Shown one piece after another: positions 41,201-49,447 of a stretch of DNA of 64,000 nt. Both the position numbers and the translations under genes were made by a program. The stretch lies in NCBI GenBank assembly GCA_965279035.1, contig OZ257142.1, forward strand, positions 2,176,001-2,240,000, in the 5' to 3' direction. The stretch comes from Bacteroidia bacterium. GTDB lineage: Bacteria > Bacteroidota > Bacteroidia > M30B66. The notes below the pieces were generated by a model. That model searched no databases. It worked only from the letters and a program-made list of their open reading frames with translations, and had not been told where the DNA came from. The stretch's first letter is position 1. The number at the start of each line of letters is the position of its first letter.

Positions 41201-41686
41201 ATTTCTGAAGTAGCTAATGGATTAGAATCATTAGAATATTTTAATTCAAATGATCAAACATTGCGTTTTACTTCTTTCAGTATTCAAGAAATTAACAAAA
41301 ACAGAGCAGTTGCTTTTGTTAAATTTAATTTGAATAATGGACATGTTTCTTCTTCAGATTTAGAAGCTACTATGGCTTATATTAATGGAGAACAAGCTGA
41401 AGTTGCTTTTGTTGGTGAATTAGCAACTGGAATTGCTGCTGTTGATTATTCAAACGTAGTTTCTGTATTCCCGAATCCAGCTTCTACTCTTGTTAACATC
41501 ATTGCTCCTGAAGTTGCTGCTATCCAAATGATGGATGCTGCAGGTCGTATCGTATTTGTTAATTCTAATGTTCCTGCTGGTCAGAAACTTTCAATTTCAA
41601 CTTCTGACTTAGCTTCAGGTGTTTACTTTGTGAAAATTAGCAACGACAACTTCTCTGTTACCAAAAAAGTTGTTATCAACAACTAA
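38276..41686 (+). CDS. Scaffoldin-like T9SS protein: TYRxYVD domain (paralog 3), 3 bacterial Ig-like domains, cohesin-like, dockerin-like, cohesin-like, type A CTD
   Basis: Three PT(I/V/A)xxTxP...A.D.DG.V..V.FFV..repeats; FCLPLMV...IIGYDVTINFDNTK; DVNMDGVVSAGD; VEVPVSV...VYAVDFSM; CTD VFPNPAST...KKVVINN. Confidence 0.85.
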   Translation: MKKILFGLGLLLSANLVNAQNGLENIIVEKYYVANSADASGSVGTLPVGSVTYRFYVDLLPGYKFQAAYGNADHTLAFSTSTTFFNNEDRGAVSPTYTKTQAKANTVMLDSWLSVGSACAGNFGVIKSEDDVALGGATVVNSNGILANNDPSAGIALTVQDGLWAGSPSAITTVGQTDAQAVVFDATSQVGSSFTLTNGAWSSLVGAQGPTASNRVLIAQITTDGILSYALNIQVGTPTSGVQRFVASNPLAGETVLSSLTGTLGAPNVAPTISITSPATGSGFITGTVVNIAATAADADGSVTGVQFFVDGISIGTDNTSPYTANYTGVIGAHVITAVATDDAGATTTATAVNINVQNNPPPTVSITAPANAAGYITGDVVNITANASDNGSVASVQFFVDGVSVGTDITSPYAATYTSTLGSHTITAVATDNLGLSTTSSSVTITVVNNLPPTAALTSPVFGALFTAPAVVTVSANASDPDGTVTQVEFFVNNVSIGVDASAPYSVNWTSVIGSASFTAKSTDDRGAITTSAAVVLNIADPNALPYAIESSVNVCNNDTFCLPLMVVDSVQNIIGYDVTINFDNTKVAPTGVITMAGDLVLPSRVDVINSIDLPNGRINISVFFNSSAPAATRFVGNGELFCVQFAKLAGFAPSDVANFTVPFLQESYFTGVESKLVQAGDYTSYRDTVYTGTLKLWSDNSRIPYNVANPNQYLITNISGNNTTCSSPSSTLVQPDLNGVFTYSANNGLNISITKDILGTTDVQPVINGFDGLLTRRVLLNNTSFGLPSVYNMIAMDVNMDGVVSAGDNSQISQRSVLLIPEFKQAWNYDVLGVSNGQPSKDWIFIDSTQITNSAQYAISTTYPLSDGVGYSKYDLPTPAFCLPIKVVNYSTCPEYTPETYKGILIGDVDGSVSTASPSSLFKSNTEKVVFNLSNAIVAGNTVEVPVSVMSTNDVYAVDFSMPLNTDLISFNSISEVANGLESLEYFNSNDQTLRFTSFSIQEINKNRAVAFVKFNLNNGHVSSSDLEATMAYINGEQAEVAFVGELATGIAAVDYSNVVSVFPNPASTLVNIIAPEVAAIQMMDAAGRIVFVNSNVPAGQKLSISTSDLASGVYFVKISNDNFSVTKKVVINN

Positions 41687-41719
41687 GTTTTATATATAAA
41701 CCACTTATTATTATTAATT

Positions 41720-41754
41720 GAAAGACCTCAGATTTTTCTGAGGTCTTTCTTTTT
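41720..41754 (+). terminator. Intrinsic terminator
   Basis: GAAAGACCTCAGA-TTTT-TCTGAGGTCTTTC, a perfect 13-bp stem followed by TTTTT. Confidence 0.88.
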
Positions 41755-42020
41755 AATAACCTATTATTAATACTAATAAAATATACAAGGAAATCAATAG
41801 GATTAGTTTCGTTGTCGATTTAGAAAGCAACTCTAAAATCAATATTTCTAATAATGAATATCAATAACATCAAATCGCTCAATTATCTTAAATTCTCAAT
41901 TGAATAATATCAAATGGAAGAAAATTATTTCTGAATATCTTTTGAATTTAATGAATTTCAAATTGATTAATTCTTAATCCAAAGGAGTGGATGGAATTAT
42001 AAATCTAAATTTTCTCAAAA

Positions 42021-44954
42021 ATGCGGTTTGTCAAAATAAAATTAATAAATCAATTCTTCCTTAAATTTTCAACATTATTAGTATTGGGAATTTTAGCGAA
42101 TTCAAATAAAGTATTTTCTTCGAATTCGATAGTAGAGTATGGACATAATACAGAAGTGATTGATGAAATATTGTTAACTGATCAATCATCTACCATTAAT
42201 CAAGGAGATACCGTTGTATTTGATCTTTCACAAGCTACATTAGTCAATGGGAATTTAGAGTTTCCAGTATTTATTATCAGCGATGATCCGAATGTTTTTT
42301 CTCTCGACTTTCAATTTAAATTCAATACTACAAATTTCACATACGATACTGTTTATAATACCTTTAGCTTAACATCACTCCAAGCTAATTTTAATCAAAC
42401 AGATCAAATTTTAAGACTGTTCTCATTTGATGATAATATTTTACCGAATAATGTAAACCTGGTAGCACTTAGTTTTAACTTAAATATACCCGAGTTTTGT
42501 GCTATTAACTTAACGAATATTATCGTTTATTTAAATGGAACTCCATGTAGCTATAAAGTAATTGGTTGTCAAAATCCTTCTGCTAATGCAGGACTTGATC
42601 AAACCGTTTGTTCAGATTTTACCCAATTAACTGGAAATTCCATCATTTCTGGAATTGGTACTTGGACTTTGATTAGTGGATCCGGAATTCTTTCAGATTT
42701 AAATAATCCCAATACGAATGTTACTGGATTATCGCCTGGAGCCAATGTATTTCGTTGGACTTTCCCAGCAACAGCGAATTCTCCTGAAACCTTTGATGAA
42801 GTTACGATTACACGTAATTTAAATACTTTACAAGCTAATGCTGGTCCCGATATAATAACATGTTCATCAACACTAAATCTAAATGCCGAAATTCCGGTAA
42901 CTGGAATTGGAACCTGGTCATTGGTTCAAGGTATTGCTCAAATTGTTGATGAAAACGAACCCAATTCTTTGCTATTAAATGTATTATCTGGTGAAACCAA
43001 ATTGGAATGGAGAGTTAGTAATGGTTCCTGCCCCGAAACGGCCGATACAGTTTCAATATTCAAAAATGATACAGCATACGCTGGAGTAGATCAAGAATTA
43101 TGTGATATTCAAACTACACTCAATGCCAATGAAATCCCTGGTTTATCTGGATTTTGGAGCGTTATTTTTGGAACAGGTACATTTGCCGATTCTTCTTTAG
43201 CTATTACAACGGTAACAAACCTTTCTCAAGGAATTAATACGTTTCAATGGAATTTAATTAGTTCTAATTGTCCTGATTCAAGCGATCAAGTTTCTATTAC
43301 AATTACATGTAATGCAGCTCCTATTATTATTCAAGATAGCATTAACTCAAACGAAGATAATCTGATTAATGGGAATGTTTTATCCAATGGTGATTTTGAT
43401 CCTGATGGAACTCAATTACAGGCTTCAACTATTCCTTTGAGTGGACCAAATCATGGAAATATTACTATCAATCCCGATGGATCATTCATTTATACACCTG
43501 ATTCAAATTATTACGGTTTAGATACAGTTATTATCAATATTTGCGATCAAGGTATTCCACTTCCTGGATTATGTTCTCCTGACACCTTAATTATTTCAAT
43601 TCAACCAATCAACGATCCTCCAATTGTTCAAAATGAAATCTTAAATACGTTGATTAATATTAGTATTGATGGGAATGTATTGGATAATGATTCAGATATT
43701 GAAAACACATCGCTTTCGGTCGATTTAACAATCATTGATCAAGCTAATCATGGTATTTTTTCAGTCAATTCAGATGGTTCTTTTACTTATACCCCAGATG
43801 GTGTTTTTGTAGGATTTGATACGATTGTTGTTTCTGTTTGTGATTCAGGTTTTCCTTTACCTCCAGAATGTGTGAATGATACCATAATCATTTTTATTTC
43901 ATCAATTAATTTAACTGTAAATGCTGGTGCCGATACTTCAATTTGTGGAACAAGCTTTACTTTATCTGGATACTCATCTCTTCCTGTTGATAGTTCCAAC
44001 TGGACTCAATTACTTGGTCAGGGAACTATTGTAAATCCCAGTCTTGATACAACAAATGTAAATTCATTGTCGATTGGAATAAATACGTTTGTTTATACTG
44101 TAAACTTTAGTGGTATTGGCTTTTCTGATACCATTCAAGTAAATGTGATAGAAAATCCTACACCTGCAAATGCTGGAGAAGATCAACTCATTTGTGGAAA
44201 TTCAATTCAATTGCAAGCCAATAATCCGAGTGTTGGTATAGGATTATGGACAATAATTAATGGTACAGCCAACATTGAAAATCCATCCAATTTTCAAACT
44301 ACTGCTTCGAATTTAAATAGTGGTAATTCCGAATTTTTATGGACTATCACCAATGGAATTTGTTCATCGACAGATACTGTTTTAATTATTTCACAAGTAG
44401 CACCTTCTATTAATTCAGGGAAAGACACCAGTATTTGTGAATATCAACAACCCATTACTCTCCCAATTTTTGTAGAATCACCATACACCTGGTCTTGGTC
44501 TATTGTTAACGGAAATGCAATCATTACCAATGAAGAAACACAGTCACCTATATTCCAGAATTTATCAATTGGAAATAACAGCTTAGTATTAAGCTCATCA
44601 AACGGTCCTTGTTTAGCAACGGATACATTAGAAATTCAAGTATATAATTCTTCCTCTGAATATTGTCAAACTATGGAAATATTTATCCCTGAAGGCTTTT
44701 CACCCAATGGAGATGGAGATTATGATGTTTTCAAAATTTTGAATTTGAATGGACTTACAGCTCATGTTCAAATTTTTAATCGCTGGGGTAATTTGGTTTA
44801 TGAAAGCGAAAATTATCAAAACGATTGGATTGGAAACTCCAACCAAGGAGTTGTTTTATTTGGAAATGAACTTCCTGCTGGAACGTATTACTATATTATC
44901 CAAATTGAAGGTGAAACTGATGCACGTAAAGACTATCTGACACTATGGAGATGA
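42021..44954 (+). CDS. T9SS type B CTD (gliding motility-associated C-terminal domain) protein with N-terminal cohesin-like domain and Ig/PKD/cadherin-like stalk
   Basis: ANAGxDQxxC repeats; GNVL.N..D.D...P.HG...NPDGSFxYTP repeats; C-terminus IPEGFSPNGDGDYD...IFNRWG..VY...Y.NDW.G...LPAGTYYY...YLTLWR. Confidence 0.9.
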   Translation: MRFVKIKLINQFFLKFSTLLVLGILANSNKVFSSNSIVEYGHNTEVIDEILLTDQSSTINQGDTVVFDLSQATLVNGNLEFPVFIISDDPNVFSLDFQFKFNTTNFTYDTVYNTFSLTSLQANFNQTDQILRLFSFDDNILPNNVNLVALSFNLNIPEFCAINLTNIIVYLNGTPCSYKVIGCQNPSANAGLDQTVCSDFTQLTGNSIISGIGTWTLISGSGILSDLNNPNTNVTGLSPGANVFRWTFPATANSPETFDEVTITRNLNTLQANAGPDIITCSSTLNLNAEIPVTGIGTWSLVQGIAQIVDENEPNSLLLNVLSGETKLEWRVSNGSCPETADTVSIFKNDTAYAGVDQELCDIQTTLNANEIPGLSGFWSVIFGTGTFADSSLAITTVTNLSQGINTFQWNLISSNCPDSSDQVSITITCNAAPIIIQDSINSNEDNLINGNVLSNGDFDPDGTQLQASTIPLSGPNHGNITINPDGSFIYTPDSNYYGLDTVIINICDQGIPLPGLCSPDTLIISIQPINDPPIVQNEILNTLINISIDGNVLDNDSDIENTSLSVDLTIIDQANHGIFSVNSDGSFTYTPDGVFVGFDTIVVSVCDSGFPLPPECVNDTIIIFISSINLTVNAGADTSICGTSFTLSGYSSLPVDSSNWTQLLGQGTIVNPSLDTTNVNSLSIGINTFVYTVNFSGIGFSDTIQVNVIENPTPANAGEDQLICGNSIQLQANNPSVGIGLWTIINGTANIENPSNFQTTASNLNSGNSEFLWTITNGICSSTDTVLIISQVAPSINSGKDTSICEYQQPITLPIFVESPYTWSWSIVNGNAIITNEETQSPIFQNLSIGNNSLVLSSSNGPCLATDTLEIQVYNSSSEYCQTMEIFIPEGFSPNGDGDYDVFKILNLNGLTAHVQIFNRWGNLVYESENYQNDWIGNSNQGVVLFGNELPAGTYYYIIQIEGETDARKDYLTLWR

Positions 44955-45880
44955 TTTTATTGAAAAAATCCAGACTGATAATTTTGTTGTTCATTATTCC
45001 TTTTGCACTTTCTGGGCAACAGGATCCAATGTATAGCATGTATATGTTTAGTCCTATGTCGATTAATCCGGCTTATGCAGGAACAACTGAACAAATACAA
45101 GCAGTTGGAGTATTTCGGCGACAATGGTTGAATTTTCCTGGTTCACCTCAAACTGCTATCTGTTCATTTCATGGACCTTTGAAAAAAGAAAATATGGGTT
45201 TGGGCTTTAGCTTAGTGAATGATCGATTAGGCGAAATGCAAACAACTGGATTTAATGCAGCTTATGCATATCGAGTGAAATTATCAAAATCAACACTTTC
45301 ATTTGGACTTCAAGCAGGAATTCGGAATTTCAATATTAAACTTTCGGAAGTTCAATTGGCACCTGTGAATCAGTACGATGCTGCTTTTACAAATAATAGT
45401 TCAAGTTGGAATGCGAATGTTGGTTTCGGTGTATTTTGGTATAGTGAAAAGTGGTACGCTGGTTTAAGTATGCCACATTTGAGAAATCATCTTTTAAGTG
45501 ATCAACAAATCAATACAAATGATGTTGCTCGATTGAAAACACATTATAATTTATATGGAGGCTATGTTTTCAAGCTAAATGATGAATTTAAAATAAAGCC
45601 TTCATTATTAATTAAAGAAGTTGCCGGAGCTCCATTGCAAGTTGATATAAACACCAACGTGTATTGGAAAAATTCATATGGTTTAGGATTAAGTTATAGA
45701 ACAGGAAGTGCACTCGTTTTATTAGCCGAAGTCAAAGCAACGAATAACTTACGCATTGGATATGCTTTCGACATTCAAATTAACAAACTAGCTAAATCGG
45801 TTGGTAGCACTCACGAATTAATGCTTCGCTACGATTTTCTAGTGAATAAAAACAGATCGTTTACCGAGCGAGATTTTTAA
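44951..45880 (+). CDS. PorP/SprF family T9SS outer-membrane protein
   Basis: QQDPMYSMYMF....INPAYAG...RRQW...PGSPQT; GYAFD...STHELMLRY. ATGA overlap with the upstream type B CTD gene, the canonical pairing. Alternative start at 44945. Confidence 0.93.
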   Translation: MILLKKSRLIILLFIIPFALSGQQDPMYSMYMFSPMSINPAYAGTTEQIQAVGVFRRQWLNFPGSPQTAICSFHGPLKKENMGLGFSLVNDRLGEMQTTGFNAAYAYRVKLSKSTLSFGLQAGIRNFNIKLSEVQLAPVNQYDAAFTNNSSSWNANVGFGVFWYSEKWYAGLSMPHLRNHLLSDQQINTNDVARLKTHYNLYGGYVFKLNDEFKIKPSLLIKEVAGAPLQVDINTNVYWKNSYGLGLSYRTGSALVLLAEVKATNNLRIGYAFDIQINKLAKSVGSTHELMLRYDFLVNKNRSFTERDF

Positions 45881-45975
45881 AAATTGACATTCTTTTATAT
45901 TTTCTAAAGAGTATTAAAATTTCAACTCCTGATTTTTAACCTAATATTGTTGTTCATTAAATCATAAATATCCTA

Positions 45976-46941
45976 ATGAAAGCAATAATTTATACCCACT
46001 ATGGACCTCCTGAAGTAGTTAAATTAATGGAAGTTCCAAAGCCCAGCCCAAAGGACAACGAACTATTAGTTAAGAATTATGCATCAACAGTCAATAGAAC
46101 TGATGCAGGCTTTCGAAGTGCAAACTATTTTATATCACGTTTTTGGACTGGCCTATTTCGTCCGAAACACCAAATTCTAGGTTGTGAATTTTCTGGAATT
46201 ATAGAGGAAATTGGAAAGGATGTGAAAACATTCAAGGTAGGGGATCGTGTTTTTGGATTTAATGATAAAACCTGTGGTGGACATGGAGAGTATTTAACAA
46301 TTGCTGAAACAGATGCAGTTGCGATAATACCTGAAGAGATGAACTATTATGAAGCTGCAGCGATAACGGAAGGCGCTCATTATGCTTTAGTAGATATTAG
46401 AGCAGCAAACGTTGAAAAAGGACAAAACGTGTTGGTTTATGGGGCAACTGGAGCAATTGGATCGGCAGCAGTCCAAATCTTAAAACATTTAGGTGCCCGA
46501 GTTACAGCCGTTTGTAATACTAAAAATTGTGATTTAGTAAAATCACTTGGTGCTGATGTAGTGATTGATTTTCAAACACAGGATTTCACACAAACCGTAG
46601 AACAATATCATTTTATTTTTGATTCGGTAGGTAAAAGTTCATTTGGTATTTGTAAAAAGCTACTAACAGAACGAGGTATCTATATTTCAACCGAATTGGG
46701 GAAAAATTCCGAGAATGTATTTTTAGCACTAACAACATCAAAGTTTAGTAAAAAGAAGGTTTTATTTCCAATTCCTTCGATCAGTAAGCAAGACGTGTTG
46801 TTTTTAAAAGAACTCGTTGAACAAGGAGAATTTAAACCAGTCATTGATCGCTATTATCAGTTAGATCAAATTGTTGAAGCATATCATTATGTTGAATCTG
46901 GACAGAAAATAGGAAATGTAATCATTAAAATAAGAGATTAA
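45976..46941 (+). CDS. NAD(P)-dependent medium-chain dehydrogenase/reductase (quinone oxidoreductase-like)
   Basis: MKAIIYTHYGPPEV, GCEFSG, FKVGDRVFG, VLVYGATGAIG, KPVIDR. Confidence 0.9.
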   Translation: MKAIIYTHYGPPEVVKLMEVPKPSPKDNELLVKNYASTVNRTDAGFRSANYFISRFWTGLFRPKHQILGCEFSGIIEEIGKDVKTFKVGDRVFGFNDKTCGGHGEYLTIAETDAVAIIPEEMNYYEAAAITEGAHYALVDIRAANVEKGQNVLVYGATGAIGSAAVQILKHLGARVTAVCNTKNCDLVKSLGADVVIDFQTQDFTQTVEQYHFIFDSVGKSSFGICKKLLTERGIYISTELGKNSENVFLALTTSKFSKKKVLFPIPSISKQDVLFLKELVEQGEFKPVIDRYYQLDQIVEAYHYVESGQKIGNVIIKIRD

Positions 46942-47124
46942 ATTTCCAACTTGAATCTCTTCTGATTCAATTGATTTATAAAATTGGGTTTTGGGATTGT
47001 ATAATTTTAATTTTATGTAATTATTATTCAATTATTAAATTACATGTTTTTAATTTATGAAATTTGGTGAAAACCAAACATTTCCTAATTTGGTCTGATT
47101 CTAAAAACTAATAATTAAATAATC

Positions 47125-47508
47125 ATGGAAAAATTAAGTGCAACAACGAATTCATTGAATTGGTTTGAAATTCCAGTTAACGATGCAAACAGAGCCAAAC
47201 ACTTTTACGAGACTGTGTTTGATATTGAAATGTTCTCGATGGATATGATGGGAAGGATCATGGTCATGTTTCCTTCACAAAGTCCAAAATCGGGTGGGGC
47301 ATTGGTAAAAAGTCCAAATCATAAACCAAGTACAGAAGGTTCGATCATTTATTTAAATGGAAATCCTGATCTACAAAGGGTATTAGATCGTATTGAAGCT
47401 GCTGGTGGTAAAATAACGATGCCCAAAACAAGCATTGGAGAAAATGGATTTATGGCATTCTTTCTCGATACAGAAGGAAATTTAGTTGGTGTTCATTCGG
47501 GGATGTAA
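47125..47508 (+). CDS. VOC (glyoxalase/bleomycin-resistance) family protein
   Basis: NWFEIPV.D..RAK.FY..VF; AGGKITMPKTSIG..GFMAFF.DTEGN.VGVHS. Confidence 0.92.
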   Translation: MEKLSATTNSLNWFEIPVNDANRAKHFYETVFDIEMFSMDMMGRIMVMFPSQSPKSGGALVKSPNHKPSTEGSIIYLNGNPDLQRVLDRIEAAGGKITMPKTSIGENGFMAFFLDTEGNLVGVHSGM

Positions 47509-47630
47509 TTTATTTCTTTCAGCAAATATGTTTTTTTAAGAGATAATCAATAAGCAAAGAAATAGTAAACTCTATTTCTTAATCGAAGAAAAAGATTATT
47601 TCAAAATAAACACCCTAAAACAATCTAGTA

Positions 47631-48230
47631 ATGAAAAGGGCGATCTTTATTCTACTTGTGGTTTTTGCAGTTTCTATTGGTAAAACATTCGCTCAGGCAG
47701 GGCTTTATCAAACTAGTTATTTGGAATATTATAACCCTTCGGGTGATCAACTCAGAACTTGTTATGTATGGAATTCGAAAACTGGTGATGCAATTCGATA
47801 TTACTATAACGATGATAAAAAATGGACTAAATCATCAGCAGAATTGCCTAAAAATCCAATGGGAATAACAGGTAATGAAGTAGGGGAGATAATGATGACT
47901 GCATTCGAATACTATACACCTAAAGGAAATCAATACCGAACCATTTATTATTGGAATACTAAAACAGGTAAATCAATTCGGTACTATTATTCTGATGCTG
48001 AAAAATGGGAAAAATCAACAGCCGAATTGGTTGCTATTCCAATAGCTTCTTCTGGGAAAGTAGGAGAAATTACCTTATCTGTTCTCGAGTATTTTAATTC
48101 ATCAGGAGATCAAAACCGAGCTATAATGTATATGAACACCATAACTGGTAAATCAGCTCGCTACTATTATTCGGAAGATGAAAAATGGATGAAATCGGAT
48201 GTTGCTTTACCTGATAATCCTCTGAATTAA
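47631..48230 (+). CDS. Secreted protein made of three ~60-aa aromatic-rich repeats
   Basis: Signal peptide TFA-Q, then 3 copies of EY(Y/F)xxxGxQxR....NxxTGxxxRYYY....KWxKS...L...P. Confidence 0.85.
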   Translation: MKRAIFILLVVFAVSIGKTFAQAGLYQTSYLEYYNPSGDQLRTCYVWNSKTGDAIRYYYNDDKKWTKSSAELPKNPMGITGNEVGEIMMTAFEYYTPKGNQYRTIYYWNTKTGKSIRYYYSDAEKWEKSTAELVAIPIASSGKVGEITLSVLEYFNSSGDQNRAIMYMNTITGKSARYYYSEDEKWMKSDVALPDNPLN

Positions 48231-48305
48231 GTTCATTTTATCTTTATAACCTGGTTTGAATTTACCAAAATTTGATATTGATATTTGCTTTTCTTTCATT
48301 CTCAT

Positions 48306-48485
48306 ATGACAGAAAACAAGAAAAAGTATACAGGGAATGGAATCGGAATTGGTGCAGCACTCGGAGTCGCTTTGGGTGCTGCTTATGGCTATTCTTCTGG
48401 GAATTATATGAAGTGTATTGCTTTGGGTTTGGCAATTGGTGTTGCTATCGGGGCAATCTTTGACTTTACTCGAACTAAAGGATAG
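48306..48485 (+). CDS. Small glycine-zipper membrane protein
   Basis: ATG at 48306; GIGIGAALGVALGAAYG and IALGLAIGVAIGAIFD helices. Confidence 0.75.
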   Translation: MTENKKKYTGNGIGIGAALGVALGAAYGYSSGNYMKCIALGLAIGVAIGAIFDFTRTKG

Positions 48486-48611
48486 GATTTATTTAAACAT
48501 CAGGATTATTTAAATTCGTTCATTCTAATTCTGATTTATTCATTTTACTTGAGAATATGTTAGATTTGAAAATTGAATTAAGCATTTTGCATTCTTGAAA
48601 ATAATTTACCG

Positions 48612-49247
48612 ATGAAACTAAAAATCATTTTTATTTTTTGTTTGAGCTTTAGCTCTTTAATCCTATCTGCTCAAAAAAATCTGCAATGGGGAAAGAAGCT
48701 TGAAATTGGACAAAAAACAGGTATCTATCAGACACTTGAAGATTTAAAGAATGATAAAATTGTTGAATTAGAAGGAAAAATTACTAATACAACACCCGAT
48801 TTCTTCCAGGTTGGGAAAAAATACACCATGTTTAAAAAAGCCGATTTTGCTGGTTATCGTGACGAATTCGGAAATAGAATTAGAATCATAAATGGAAAAG
48901 GATATATTGTATTATCCTATGGGAAAATAAATCTGTATTCGAGAGAATATGGCTTTAATACTACTGGAAGCGACGGAAGTGTTGAAAGGAATCCAATTGA
49001 TTATAACCACACCGAACTCTTTTATTCGTTCTCTGAAGATGATGAACCCGTATTATTGAAAGGTTGGGATGCCAAAAACAATGTGAAAATAGCGTCTTTA
49101 TTATTCAAAGACAATGCTACTGTAAGTAATGCCTATATAAATGATACAAGCGACGATTATGATTATAGTGTTAAAAATGCATTTACAGATAACGCTGAAC
49201 GTTTAATTCATTACGTTGATATGTATAATGGATTGGTGAATGAGTAA
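48612..49247 (+). CDS. Secreted hypothetical protein
   Basis: Signal peptide LSA-Q, 211 aa; a TAGATTTG (-7-like) motif lies upstream at 48561. Confidence 0.75.
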   Translation: MKLKIIFIFCLSFSSLILSAQKNLQWGKKLEIGQKTGIYQTLEDLKNDKIVELEGKITNTTPDFFQVGKKYTMFKKADFAGYRDEFGNRIRIINGKGYIVLSYGKINLYSREYGFNTTGSDGSVERNPIDYNHTELFYSFSEDDEPVLLKGWDAKNNVKIASLLFKDNATVSNAYINDTSDDYDYSVKNAFTDNAERLIHYVDMYNGLVNE

Positions 49248-49350
49248 TGATTACACCTAATTATTGTTAAAAATAATAATAATATGATTTCTCATTTTCA
49301 TTTACTGCCCAAGGTTTCCAAATAAAGCATTTCTAAAAGAAAGAATAGAA

Positions 49351-49358
49351 TATCTTTG
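49351..49358 (+). promoter_or_regulatory. Candidate Bacteroidota sigma-A -7 element
   Basis: TATCTTTG matches TAnnTTTG about 90 nt upstream of the first M43 gene; the -33 element is only weakly matched. Confidence 0.4.
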
Positions 49359-49447
49359 AAAAATTCGAGATTCACCAGTGCTGAAGGATTGTATTTAGTT
49401 CTAACACTTGAGGGGATTTTTTAAATCAGGCATTGATTCAAATTCTT

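Noticed and set aside
48272-48463. 63-aa overlapping ORF
   Set aside because: The alternative frame (48306-48485) encodes a coherent glycine-zipper protein.
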